64,000 nucleotides of DNA from Chrysemys picta bellii (taxonomy: Eukaryota), in NCBI RefSeq assembly GCF_011386835.1, contig NC_088792.1, positions 163,308,001-163,372,000 of the forward strand, read 5' to 3'. The notes below the pieces were generated by a model. That model was not told the DNA's origin. It saw only the letters and a program-made list of their open reading frames with translations, and made no database searches. Both the position numbers and the translations under genes were made by a program. Shown here in pieces: positions 48,554 through 61,142 of the stretch (within the stretch, counting starts at the first letter, position 1; every line of letters begins with the position of its first letter).

Positions 48554-51467
48554 CCAAACCCAGGCTCTTTTCGCCTTCAGTTGTGTTTTTTTTAAATGAT
48601 GAACTCTGTTGATAGCAGTTTAATGCAAAGGTACCTTGATTCTACCCCAGACACATGCAGTGGTATCAGCTAGCCCGAGCCAGCATAGCGCGCCACTTGT
48701 GTAATAACTATTGCAATGTGATGTACTCTGTCTGCTGAAACAGAGCAGATTTTGGACTGAAAGAGCTGGTCTCCTCAGTACAAGTGTGGATATGTGTGCT
48801 AAGTGCATTGGGCCAGATTAATCTCTGGTGAAACTCCATTTAATTACCCGGGATGAATTTGTCCTGTTTTTGCCAACTCTCACCAGTGACATGAGCTTTA
48901 GGTAGAACCACTTCCCTTGATAGTGTTGCTTTCCCAGAAAAGGAAGTGGAGGTCACATATTTCTAACAGTTCCCCTCTCCCCACCCCCCACCGAAAGCCC
49001 ACCTTTAACAGCCCAGTTTCTTTCTGTACCACCAGGCTGCCAGTGGTGAGCATGAGAACTGAAGCAGCACTGGAGGAAGGCAATGAGAACTGTCAGTAGC
49101 CAAGGCAGCCCTTCGTTTTATTAGGAGGACACCACTGTGACTTGGTGATCTTAAACCCATTTTGTGCTCACTTTGTGCAGGCATAAATGACAACCGCACA
49201 GGGTGTAAGTTGGGAAGCATCAGACCCCGGTGCCTAACCTGACAAAACAGCACTACCTTTAGCAAATACCGTGGTTCTGAATTCTTGGGAATCATGCAGG
49301 AAATGTAGGACAAGATATTGTCAAAGGCACAGAGGGCAGTTAGGTGCCCAGTTCTCATTGACTTTCAGTAGGAGATGGGTACTTAACTCCCCCATACAGG
49401 CCAAAAAGGAATGAGTGAGTCACACTAGGAAATCTGCTGTGTTTATAAAAAGAAAGAACACTGCAACTTTAAAACTGGTTTTCTAGGAGACCAGCTCTTC
49501 ACAGTGGCCAACTAACAATGTATTAACAAATCTATTTTCTTTGTAGTAACTCCTTTTCTATCCACAGCCTTTACATGATGTCAGACTCTGGAAAAAGCTC
49601 CTTGTTCAGACCTATGTAACACTTCATGCATTGATGATAACAAACATGTTTCTTGGTATATTTATATTTTTTTTAAATGTGAGTCAAGGATAACACCACT
49701 TCTTTGCAGACTAGGTGTAACTGAATATCTGTGGCAAGAATATTCTCAGGTATGTATCCAATCTTGCATTGCATACACTTGGGCACAAAGATTTAATTAA
49801 AATGCCTGAATCTTGAAGTATTAAATAATATGTAGTGAAAGCAGAATATTTACAATGAAATTGGGATGATTTGGCCATCCAACCAGCATGCACTCTCGAC
49901 CTTTACATGTAAATAAGCAGAACTCTTTTTTTTTTTTAAGCAATGCAAACGTGGCATTAACCCATAACAAAACAAGCTGATGCACAAAGGGTATAAAACA
50001 ATTTACAGCAGAGAGAGTGTTTGATCTTTTTCACCTAAGAAGTGGGTAAGTAATCACTCTCAGCTAGACACCACACAACTCTCTTTCCTGTCTCTTTATT
50101 TCCTGTGGGGGCTTTTAATAGCGGCTCAGGTTGTTCTGTGATTTTTCGAAGACTTTGTAAAGCCTGTACAAGGCAGGTGCACCTCTTACATCGCTATTTA
50201 CAGGGCTTCAGTGGTTCATAGGCCTTTTGCCAGCCCTCTGTGTAGAGGGGAGTTTCACCCAGAACGAAAAGCTATCCAGTCTTTCCATTTGTGTGTCCAG
50301 CTGCTTCTGCACCAAGCCTTCTCCCCTCCCACCCTTACTCAGACAAAACCACCAGTGACTTCCTTGGGAATTTTGCCTGATTAAGCACAGAGGATGAGGT
50401 GCTGTTTATCTAAAAAGCAGCACATCTAGCTAGAAACCCTTATCCAAGGCTAAAGCAAGTTCACACCATCGTAAGTAATTAAAAGCATCCCTTGCTTTAT
50501 TATTAAGACATTGCTGAATGGGTTGCAAGTTCCAGCTATTCGTAGTTTCAGTGCTACCTACACTCGTAGAAACTGACCTTCGTGAACAGAAGGCAGCGGC
50601 TGTAGATAATGGCCCCCAGTGAAGCCATGCTAGCGTTCTTACCACGGACTGTAGACTTGCTCTGAAGAGGGTTAGATGAGATGGTTAAAAGCTGGTGGGG
50701 ACCTAGAACTCTGCCTATGCTAGCTGCTGCCTGTTAGCAAGCGTGAGAGATCTTTAAGGGGAAAAGAGGCTAGCGTAAACCCAGCTGAAGACTCCAAATG
50801 GAATTTCATGTCCTAAACCAGACATGTGCGTGCTCTTGCCATCTCTAATAAATTGAAGTTGATACCTCAGTCTTAAATGTTCCAATCATACTGCAGCAGC
50901 TGTAGGTTTGGGATCTCTTGGAGTGGTCTTGAGATAGCAAAGATTTCTACTTCTTTTTGTTGTCTGACCGTTGTCATTGGCTGTATGAAGCAATGCCATG
51001 TGCCCTACAAACTCTGCTTAATATTACTCCACTGGAGAAAATCCCTTTGTTTTGTCCTGGCCTGCACAGGATTTAACTGTTTTAAGAACTATATATAAGC
51101 CTGGTCCAAACTCAGTTTTGGGCCAAATGGGGCTTTATCATGGTTTGGCCCATGAGTATGGATGGGGCCAAATCACGTTATAACTAAACTGAAATAATAA
51201 GTTCTTGCTTCCATTTCTACCTGTACCAAAGGGTTTTTTGTAACCCACACAGCCAGCCAAAATCCATTCCAGCCCTGGCCAAAACCACGTTCAAACTGTA
51301 CTTGAGCACAGCTGTTAAATAAGACTGAAAACCCTTGTGTAGAACAACAGTATCTGTCAATCTCAGGTTTTCGTAGGGCACCAGTCGCTGTGGTGTTTAT
51401 GCTCTGATCGCTGTTACGCTGAGAGCTAGGATTGGAGGTGAGGACTCAAAGATTAACTTGGAACCTT

Positions 51468-51919
51468 TGCCACTGGGTCAGACCAAAGGTCCATCTAGCC
51501 CAGTATCCTGTCTTTCAACAGTGGCCAATGCCAGGTGCCCCAGTGGGAATGAACAGAACAGGGAATCATCAAGTGATCCATCCCCTGTCACCCATTCCCA
51601 GCTTCTAGCAAACAGAGGCTAGGGACACCATCCCTGCCCCTCCTGGCTAATAGCCATTGATGGACCTATCATCCATGAATTTATCTAGTTCTTTTTTGAA
51701 CCCTGTTATAGACTTGGCCTTCACAACATCCTCTGGTAAGGAGTTCCACAGGTTGACTGTGCATTGTGTGAAGAAATACTTCCTTTTGTTTGCTTTAAAC
51801 CTGCTGCCTATTAATTTCATTGGGTGACCCCTAGTCCTTGTGTTATGAGTAAACAACACTTCCTTATTTACTTTCTCCACACCAGTCATGATTTTATAGA
51901 CGTCAATCATATCCCCCCT
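51468..51919 (-). mobile_element. CR1 3' fragment, antisense, inside the putative PLEKHA2 3'UTR
   Basis: ORF 51647-51910(-) is the ORF2 C-terminus ([29 protein letters not shown]); 3'UTR matches 36960-37090. Confidence 0.92.
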
Positions 51920-53889
51920 TTACCCTGATGGTTCAGAATCAGGTGTGTGCATAATGTGTGCTACTGTAATACCAACAAAAGTGACCACTAGAAGCATGGG
52001 CTACAATTTTTATGACTGGGGGAGGGGAGGGGAATTCTCTTTCTAAACAATGGACTTCAGACACATATCCCTGGCTCCGTCAATGTACATTTAAAAGACC
52101 AATGAGGGTTTGCCTAATAAGAAGGGAGGATAGCTTAAAAATCTGTACATACTGACTCACCACAGAATGAAATTAAAGTAGCGCTTGCATGCATTGCTTA
52201 AGCCCCATATTTTCAGATTCTCGTAGTGTTGAGGATGCACTGTTTTTGGAGAGAAAGGCCAGTTTTAGAATTTTTAAAGTACTATCTGGTGAATTCAAAT
52301 AGGTCAACATGACTGTAATACAGCCTGAATGTAGTTGCACCTTTTGTCTTCGTGGACACAGCTGGCTAGAGCACGATTTAATAATGTTACATGCCTGGGG
52401 GGACAGACTTCAGGAATCCATGCCGAATTCTTTTACTTTTATATTTCAGTTCTAGTCAAAACAACTAAGTACAAATGTATACTTTTATATATCCTGCCAA
52501 CCTATTTAAAATATTGAATGGAGTCCCCCACTTCAGGTCAATCGGTTCAAACAATGGTTCTATGGGAGACACTGGGAAATGTTGAAACAATGAATATGAA
52601 TTGGATCCATGTAAATGGTACAGCAAAAGTTATATTACTGAACTGTAGGAGTCTACATTTGGATTGGTTTTTTTTTCCCCTTTGGCTTTATTTGCACTAG
52701 ATTTTCTCTTTTTATACTGTTGTGGGTTTTGTTTTGTTTTTTCAGCTGACCTGCTGTTTAGCTAATAAAACATCCGGTTTTGACTGTATGTAACCATTTG
52801 ATGTGATTGTGAATATAAAGCCCTGAGTGGCATCACTCAGACTTACTGCCATGAGGGAGCCCTGTGTCTGAGAACATTAATTACAGGGGGACCATAGTTA
52901 AGGTTATGCAAAGCTCTGAAGATGTAAAGTGCCATAAAGATGCTAAGTATTTCTAATGAATTATTGTTGAAAGGGGTCCAAAGGCCTGGAATGGCAAAGT
53001 CTGAGTTTATTGCACAGATATGATTGATTATCCAAGGGAGAAGCTACCAGTGGCTTTAGTACTATTGTTACATCCCCTTTTCTCTGTCTTCTCCCCCACC
53101 CATAACCTCAAAATGGCATTGAGACTGGTTCCAAGGCCACAGGATAGTGACAGATAAAGATGTGTCTTGGAAACTAATTCATGTTCACTGTGCTAAAATA
53201 GTGCCACCCACCATTCATGTTATTCACCCCAGATCTGGTATCCATCCCTTGTATACATTGAATTCTCACAAAATGGAATGGACAACATGGTAGAGGCCAA
53301 ACAGCTTGATCAATGTGAAGCTTTGCAGCACTTTTTATTAACTAATATATTTTAAAATGTGTGTTTGCCCCCTTTGCGGAGTCTTGCTTTTGTACAGATG
53401 CATAGTCGTGCTATTTACCACTGGGGTCTTGCAAGGACCACCTTGAAAATGAAGTGTGGACCACAAAGATTAATTTCTCCAGATTTAGTAGACAAATGGG
53501 TGCAGACTTAAGGTAACTTGAATGGAAAGAATGGTCTGAGAAAATGTTCGTCATTTTTCTTCTGTTTGTATTTTATATGAAGGCACCAAAATGGCTTCAG
53601 CCATTTTTGTAAATATTTGCCGTGTATTTCAAGTGCCCTTAGACTGGGGTGCCTCTACTTAGAGGTACTCACACCTAACCCGTATTAGGGGTTACATGAG
53701 ACTAGAACCTCTTGATCATGTGACATGTTGATATTAACTAATGTGGGATGAAACGTCTGGTTTTTTTTTTTCCCCAAAGGAAAGTATGAGCAATAAGTTT
53801 CCATGTGACATTCCAGTCATTTTTTCAGGCTAGAAGCTGGCGCAGAGATTGGGATGTTGAATATATTTTGGGGTAACACACAATTAGTA

Positions 53890-53964
53890 TCAGAGGGGTA
53901 GCCGTATTAGTCTGAATCTGTAAAAAGCAACAGAGGGTCCTGTGGCACCTTTAAGACTAACAGA
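53890..53964 (+). mobile_element. 75-bp Penelope-like fragment
   Basis: GTAGCCGTATTAGTCTG...TGTGGCACCTTTAAGACTAAC, related to 43712-43786; perfect 12-bp TSD ACACAATTAGTA (53878-53889, 53965-53976). Confidence 0.7.
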
Positions 53965-54491
53965 ACACAATTAGTAAAGAGCCTACAATATTTTCTACAG
54001 ATTTTTCCCTCTTTCCTAGCAGTCCCCAAACAGTTTCTTAGAGTGAAGTTTTGAGTTACAGATGTGGCAAGATTGAATGAAGTGGAAGTTTGGAATACAA
54101 ACAATACGTCATTAGAACTTGGACTTTTGTTTAATTCTTTTGTGAGCTGCTTGTGCATTTGATTGTGATATTTGCACCAATAATTCTCAGCTGTGAATTG
54201 CACTTGTGTAAAGATGACTTTTGGGTGCATGAAAAATCTTCTAATGATACAATACTTCTCACCTTGTAGTGAAAAAATTTTGTTGCTTGTTTTGTAGTAA
54301 AAAAAACCTGTGTGAAATCTTTAAAGAATGTGCTATGTGTTTTTTATTTGTATTTTACCATTATCACTTTTTAAGCCCTTTCCAAGATAAATGCAATGGC
54401 TAACATATGTAAGTACCCATCCATAATGTGTAGGAAAAAAGCAGAGTTCTCATAAGTGACTTCAATCTGAATGATATATGCTGGAAGTCTC

Positions 54492-54497
54492 AATAAA
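54492..54497 (+). terminator. Candidate distal poly(A) signal of PLEKHA2
   Basis: AATAAA preceded by U-rich/TGTA-rich sequence, just before old CR1 debris begins at about 54600. Confidence 0.35.
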
Positions 54498-54619
54498 ATG
54501 TCCTTGGAATTTCTACAAGTTTTACAGATGTCAATTTCCTAACTCAAAAAGTATTACATCAAACATGGGAAAATTCTATATTAGACCTCATCTTAACAGA
54601 TAAATAGTAATTGATCACA

Positions 54620-54915
54620 GAACTAAAAGTAGCTTAGGTGAAAGTGATAGTGACTTGATTACATTTGTTAGGTGAAAAAAAATAAAAGTCCAAACTAATA
54701 ACATATACAGTTGGTGCTTTTAGAAAGGGCCAGTTTCACAAAGTTGAAAACAATTGGGTCAAATCAGTTGTGAGAAAAAAATTAAACACACAAATGTGAA
54801 TAATGATTGGGAACTGTTTAAGAACGTCTTACTAGATGCATAAAAAGCCACAAATGAGAAAGAAGGCCACACGGGTTAAAAAAAACCCAACCTGGCTTTG
54901 AAGAGAAGTGAAAGC

Positions 54916-54951
<36 letters not shown>

Positions 54952-56290
54952 GGAGGGAGAGAAGCATATTTTAATCTATCTATATTTATAGATAGATATA
55001 ACAGATGGAAGAAGGGGGAAATTGATTTAAAGAATACACATCAGAAGTTAGGAACTGTAGAAAATTGATAAGGGAAGAAAAAGAATGCAAGGAGAAAGCT
55101 ATGGCTAGCAGAATTAAGGACAATAAGAAGGAATTTGAGAATATTAGGAACAAAAGGAATCCTAACAATGGTATGTGTCCATTACTAGATGGAAATAGAA
55201 CAGTCAATAATAAGGCAGAGAAGGCAGCAGTATTCAATAAATATTTTTCTGTATTTGGAAAAAAGCTAGATGGTGCAGGTATATCATAACTATGAAATAT
55301 TTTCCATTCCAACAGTAATGAGGATGTCCAACAGCTGCTACTAAAATTAGACATTTTAAAAATTAGGTTCATATAATGTGCATCCAACAGTTTTAAAAGA
55401 ACTATCTAAGGACCTCTCTGAACAATTAATATTGATTTTTTTTCAATAATTCTTGGAACACTGGGGAAGTTCCAGAGGACTGAAAGAAAGCTAATGTTGT
55501 GCCAATATTTTAAAAGGGTAAATGGGACAACCCAGATAATTATAAGTCTGTCAGCCTGATATTGATCCCATGAAAAATAACAGAACTGCTGACACAGAAC
55601 TCTATTAATAAAGAATTTAAAGGAAGGTAATAATGTCAATCAATGTAGGTCTGTGGAAAATAGATCTTGTAATCTCATCAAAAAAAGACAGTTTAAGTCT
55701 GATGATAAAGGTAACAGTGTTGATGTAATAGACTTCTGCAAGGCATTTGGCTTAGTACTGCACAATACTTTAAGAAACTATATGATACACAATCAAAATG
55801 GCACACTTTAAATGGATTAAAAACTGGCTACCTTCTAGGTCTCAATGTAACTATACAGCAAATCATCAGCGAGCGGGTATGTTTCTAATGGAGTCCTGCA
55901 GGGATCAGTTCTTGGCTCTAAGCTATTTATCCTTTTTGGCAATTTACCTGGAAGTAAACAATAACATTACTGATAAAGTTTGCAGATGATAAAGATTGGA
56001 GAAGTGGTAAATAATGAGGAGGGAAGGTCACTGATACAGAGAAAACTGGATCACGTGGTAAGGTGAGCACAAGCAAACAATGTGTGTTTTAATAATGCCA
56101 AATGTAAATGTTTACATCTAGGATCAAAGAATGCAGGCCACACTTACAGGATGGGGGACTCTATCTTGGGAAGTGATAAGTCTGAAAAAGACTTGGGGGC
56201 CATGTTGAAAAATCAACTGAACATGTGCTCCCAGTGCAACACTGGGGCCAAAAGGGATAATGCCATCCTTTGGATGTATAAACAGGGGAA
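54620..56290 (+). mobile_element. Heavily degraded old CR1 ORF2
   Basis: Remnants of NYRPVSL (about 55539-55560), DFCKAF (about 55732), KFADD (about 55976) and YRMGDSILG; many stops and indels. Confidence 0.75.
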
Positions 56291-56377
56291 GCTGGAGTAG
56301 GAATACTACTGTGACTGCTAGTGAAATCCTGGCTCTAGACTGTTGCTCACCATTCAAGAAGGATGTTGATTTCAGAC

Positions 56378-56569
56378 CAGAGCCACTGACTTGAGTCACT
56401 GTGAGCTGAGTAAATCACTTGGCTCTCTCCTGCCTTGAATAAAAACTGGGAACGATGGTGCAAAATCTCAGGCTCAGTTGGTTTTGCAGCATCGTTCCCA
56501 GTTTTTATTCAAAGCAGGAGAGAGCCAAGTGATTTACCCAACTCCCACTGACTCAAGTCAGTGGTTCTG
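56378..56569. repeat. Long inverted repeat: 88-bp arms, 16-nt loop
   Basis: 56378-56465 vs reverse complement of 56482-56569: 81/88 identical, no gaps. Confidence 0.93.
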
Positions 56570-56881
56570 CAGGAATGAGACTGTGGGATCCTATGATCAA
56601 ATCACATATCACAGCCTCTGTGGAACTTACTGACATAATGTAGTAGTGCAGTGGACAATAAAGTCCTATTTCCACTCACAAGGGGGTTACAGCCCACAAC
56701 TGTCTCCAGTACCTCTCCATTCATAGACTTTCAGCCAGGGGTCTCAAAGCATTTTACAAATGTTCCTCACTGAGGTAACAACCCCTGGGTGAGGTCAGTG
56801 CTGGGTCATTGCCCTCCGGGCACCGACAGGCCTGGAACACAGGACTCCTGCGCTGACCTTGCATGGACCATCACTAGCTTA

Positions 56882-57197
56882 GGCCATGTCTATGCTACAT
56901 CCACTGCAGTTATTACAGCACTTGTGTGTGTGTGTGTGTGCGCATGCTTGGCTCCTCCTGTGAGCAGCATAGGACCTCACCAGGAGTGTGTGTCTCAATA
57001 GTACTGTCAGTGTGTGACCTGGCAGGCTGGCTCCTGAAAGCCAGTAACAGGCCATGTAAGTAATACTAACTACGTCCACCCTGACTCCACCCCGCTGGGG
57101 CAGTTGGGGTTACTAAATGGGCACAGGGGTGGGAGCCAAATGTCAGTGAGGACACTGATAGCCCCAGCTAGGGCTAACCTGTAGCGTGGCCCAGGCC
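56882..57197. mobile_element. Degenerate PIF/Harbinger MITE abutting the HTRA4 CpG island
   Basis: GGCCATGTCTATGCTAC / GTAGCGTGGCCCAGGCC termini with TTA on both flanks (canonical TWA TSD). Confidence 0.55.
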
Positions 57198-57219
57198 TTA
57201 GCTCCAGGCTCACCTGGCT

Positions 57220-58200
57220 GCGCTCAGCACAGAGCCGCTCCCCGAGGCAGGAGCCTGTAAGGCCCAGTAGGGGACGGGGAACCCCTGCCACGAGCGCTGG
57301 AATCATTTCTAGGTGGGTGCTGAGACCGAGCTGTAAACCAGCACCCCTCGTGTCAGCGCCTCTGCCCCGGGTTATTGGCCAAGAGGCAGCGCTCGCCCGG
57401 GCCCGGCTGCGCTGGGGAAGGAGCCCCTGGCCGAGCTGGCTGCAGGAGCCACCCGCTGTGCTTGGCAGGGGCCGGGCCCACGGCTCCTCCCCGACGGGAG
57501 TCGCTGAGGCCAGGGGCAGCCCTTAAAGGGAGCCGGGCCGCGCCGGACGGCGGGACAGCCTTGGAGCAGCCTGCCCCTGGTGTATCCCCGCAGCCATGGG
57601 GCCACCCCTGTGTGGGCTCCGCTGGCTCCTGCTGCTACTGGCCGCCCCCCTGGGGGAGCCGCGGCCGCCCCCGGCTGTGCCCTGCCCAACGGTGTGTGAG
57701 GCGGCGCGCTGCCCCCCGCGAGACCCCCAGCCCTGCCTGGCCGCCGGGGGGCTGCTCCAGCCTGACCGCTGTGGCTGCTGCTGGATCTGCGCGCCCGGGG
57801 AGGGGCGGCCCTGCGCCGCGGGCGGGCTCTGCGCCCACGGGCTGCGCTGCCAGCGCCCCGCCGCCCGCCCGGCCCGGGGCGGCACCGGCACCTGCATCTG
57901 CGCCGATTCCCCCCTACCCGTGTGCGGCAGCGACGGCCGCACCTACAGCAGCCTGTGCCAGCTGCGGGCCGAGAACCGGCGGGCGCGGCTGCAGGGCGCG
58001 CCCCCGGCCATCCCCGTGCAGAAGGGCGGCTGCGGGGAGCCAGGTAAGGGACCCGCTGACCCCCGCAACTCTCCCTGCGCCCCACAGATACCTGCCCCCC
58101 ACCCCTCGGGAGGGGAGCCGGGCACAGAAGCGGCTGCGGGGAGTTGGGTCAGGTCAGGGACACGCCGAGTCCGACCCAACTAATGGGCGTCCTCCTCCCC
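57220..58200 (+). promoter_or_regulatory. HTRA4: CpG-island promoter of HTRA4
   Basis: High GC/CpG density covering exon 1. TATA-like CCTTAAAGGG at 57521-57530, about 70 nt before the ATG; Kozak GCCATGG. Confidence 0.75.
57596..58043 (+). CDS. HTRA4: HtrA serine protease exon 1: signal peptide + IGFBP + Kazal module
   Basis: MGPPLCGLRWLLLLLAAPLG signal peptide; CGCC IGFBP motif; VCGSDGRTYSSLCQL Kazal motif; 16 Cys after the signal peptide; donor CCAG|GTAAGG, phase 1. The symbol rests on the known PLEKHA2-HTRA4 adjacency. Confidence 0.88.
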
Positions 58201-60057
58201 GACCCAGCCTGTTCCCTTACCAGCTAACCTCCCCCTACCTACCCCACCTATCCGAGCAGCCAGCCAGCCCGTCCTACCAAACACAACATCCTTCTGCCCA
58301 GCCCCTTCTCCCGCTCAGTCTCTCCTCTCCTTGCTCTCTATTGCCACCTGACTCTCTTCTCATCCCTTCTCCTGCACTCAGTGTCTGCTAGGTTCCGTCT
58401 CCCTCCCTTCTTCCCACTTTCTCTGTTTTGTTCCCTTCTAGTCTCTTACTTCTCCCCTGTGAGATCAGGTTTATTTTTCATTTCCCTTTGCTCCTGTTTC
58501 CTGGACGAGGCAGGGATCATGCCGCTACTTTTGGAATGAATGAATGAAGTTTCACAGAGGGTGTGTAAATGCTATTTCTCCCTAAGGTTCTAATTGGTCA
58601 AGTCCAGAGTGAAGGATCCAACCAGGTGCAGGATCAGAGGCCTGAGTCTATCAGCACAGGTTTTTGAGCTCAGTAGCAGGGTTACCCAGAGTTCTTTTTC
58701 AGGACTAGTCTACATTTGGATACTTAATGAAACAGCTATTCTGGAATAAGTGTGTCCAAAATGGGGACTTATATTGAAATAATTGTTCCATAATTGCTAT
58801 TTCAGTAAAGTTCCAAGGGTAAACACCTTTAGATTTAACTGTATCAAGGACTGCCTATTTAATCTGTAAATACCAGCTTTGGAGAGTTAAAAGCCTAACA
58901 GGATGATGCTGATTAAACTAGTGAGATGGAAAACAGTTTTCTGCCTCTATGGCAATGAGTTCTTGCATGCCAAATAAGGAAAGCCAAGTTTAAGCAAATT
59001 CTTTGGGGTCTAGTCTCAGTATACTTGTTTTGCTCTACTTCTCCCTGAAGATTAAGACACTGTGTAGGAGGAATCCAGATGGTATCTCCCAGAGCCTGAA
59101 GGTGGGCCAGTTCAACTAAACAGTTACAATCTTCTACTTCAACAGTGCATTGAATGGAATCTAGTCAGTAGGATCCCTCTTGCTTCTTGACATCCTTCAC
59201 TGCCAGCCATGACTTAATATTAAAATAAACATAGTGGAAGTGAGTAACTGAATGCTGTATTCTCCATATATGATCCATCTAATAACACAGGATCCTTCCA
59301 CCCACTGCCCGAGGGGAAGGTGAAAAATCTCTAGGGTCTTTGCCAGCATTCCCTTGAGAGGGAAAATACCATCCAGAGCTCAAACATAATGATTAGTACA
59401 ACCACATGCCTGGAAAAAACACGCCCTTGGCATGTTATCCTATCTATGCTACAAACTTCTGCTTATGTCCAAGGAATTGTCTACCTGATTTATTTTCTGC
59501 TATTCACAATATTTCAACATTTAACAAGATCAATCCTGTGTAAAAAACACAAAGTAGATATTCCTTAAGAAGGTGCAGAGAACTGGTCACTGACTAAGCA
59601 GATGGAGCAGTGATGTGTACAGCTCAGGTATCTGTTCTAGCACAAAAGGGTCCATGGGGAACAATCATAAACACACTGGTCAGTGGCTGGGAATAAAGGG
59701 CTAACACGCTGCAGAATAATATTGAAAGGTGAGGCGAGTGGGTGGTCTTGGTGATTAGATGGTTCCCAAAAGCCTTTGTGTGAGAAAAACAACCTGGAAA
59801 CTTGTTGTTGTTGAATATTAGAATTGTGATTGTGCCCAAAGCCCCTATCAAGATCTAGACCCATTTTGCTAGGTAAATGAAGATAAAGTCTCTCTTAAAA
59901 AAGAGCTTGCAGTCTGATTTGTAGTTCTGTTTGAAAGTTAGCAGATGGTGATTTATATGGTGAGAGTTTGAGAAGCAAGTCAGTGGTTGCTCATTACTGT
60001 AATGATCTCCATGTGTAGTGGAAAATGATAAACAGGAATTAAAACCTTTGCCCCTAG

Positions 60058-60157
60058 GCTCCTTCCATCCTGACAGCCTGAGGTACAAGTTTAATTTTAT
60101 TGCTGATGTTGTGGAGAAGATTGCTCCAGCTGTTGTCCATCTTGAGCTCTTTCGCAG
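60058..60157 (+). CDS. HTRA4: HTRA4 exon 2 (start of protease domain)
   Basis: (G)[32 protein letters not shown]; 100 nt; ccctag acceptor, CAG|GTAAGG donor. Too short for the ORF track. Confidence 0.92.
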
Positions 60158-61142
60158 GTAAGGATGCCAAATTAAGGCTGATGGTTTTAAACTGTTTCAT
60201 AATGAATTTGCTGGTAGAGGTGGTTGGGAGCACTTTTTGCAAACATCTGTGAACTATGGTATAGAAGCAGCAAAGCAGGCTCTCATTCATGAACATTTGA
60301 ATAAATAGACCACTGTGTGGCGGAAGAAATCCATAACATTGTCTTCCTCTGGATGTGCCTGAGATTGGTACAGGGAACTCCCATCAGGATTAATTATAGT
60401 TAGGCATGTAAACACCATTTAAATGGAGAGCAGGGTAGACTGCCCTGGGCTGTTACTGTGGATAGTAAAACAATCCTATAGAAATGTCACCGGAGAGGCT
60501 TAAAATGCGAGATCAGAAAGCCTGACACTTGTAAATAATGCCATTTTGTTTACTATTTGATTAAAAGGGACACTCCTGTCAAATCTGGCCCAAAAGTTAG
60601 GTTTTGTATAAACAAGCATTTGTGAAACCTAAACAAATATAAATGTTTTTATGACTTTAAGAAAAACAAACAAACAAAGATTTCCCCTGCAGCATCTCCA
60701 GTCCAACTATTGTAGCCCTGGGCCACAGCATGAGAACCAGAAAGTAAAATTGATAAGAAATGGACTTTTTAAAAGTGTTGCCGATTAGTTTCATTGACCA
60801 AGCTGAGGGTGATGGAAAAACTATAAAGAAATACACAATATTTTAAAACTTTCCATTTTAGTAATCTAATGTAGTTGTAGTGATATAGAATTTTTGCTCC
60901 CCCAGGGTCCTGGTTGAACAAGGGCCATTCATGTTGGCAACCTGTGCTCTAGCTTTTAAGATATTCCCAGTACTGTTCCTTCTTTAAAAAAAAAAAAAAA
61001 GGTGGGGGGAGGAGGGGGATTTAGGATGAAGATTAACATTATGGTACTATTGTGAGGCTTATATCAGAAAGCACTCCTCTTCAGCGTGCATCTTGGTACG
61101 AACTCAGACTTACAGCAACAACATAACTCATTCATTGCACAG

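Larger units (their letters stand above)
48554..54520 (+). other. PLEKHA2: Putative PLEKHA2 3'UTR (end uncertain)
   Basis: AT/U-rich, CpG-poor sequence after the stop codon. AATAAA hexamers at 50847, 52764 and 54492; TGTAAATA (Pumilio-type) elements near 49907 and 53609. The true cleavage site cannot be read from sequence alone. Confidence 0.4.

Noticed and set aside
57372-58391. Long overlapping ORFs (338 aa + strand, 237 aa - strand) across HTRA4 exon 1
   Set aside because: Low-complexity Arg/Pro/Ala/Gly products expected from stop-poor CpG-island DNA; the real frame is 57596-58043.
58190-58500. Strongly pyrimidine-skewed tract after HTRA4 exon 1
   Set aside because: Common at CpG-island borders; no mirror repeat long enough to argue for triplex DNA.
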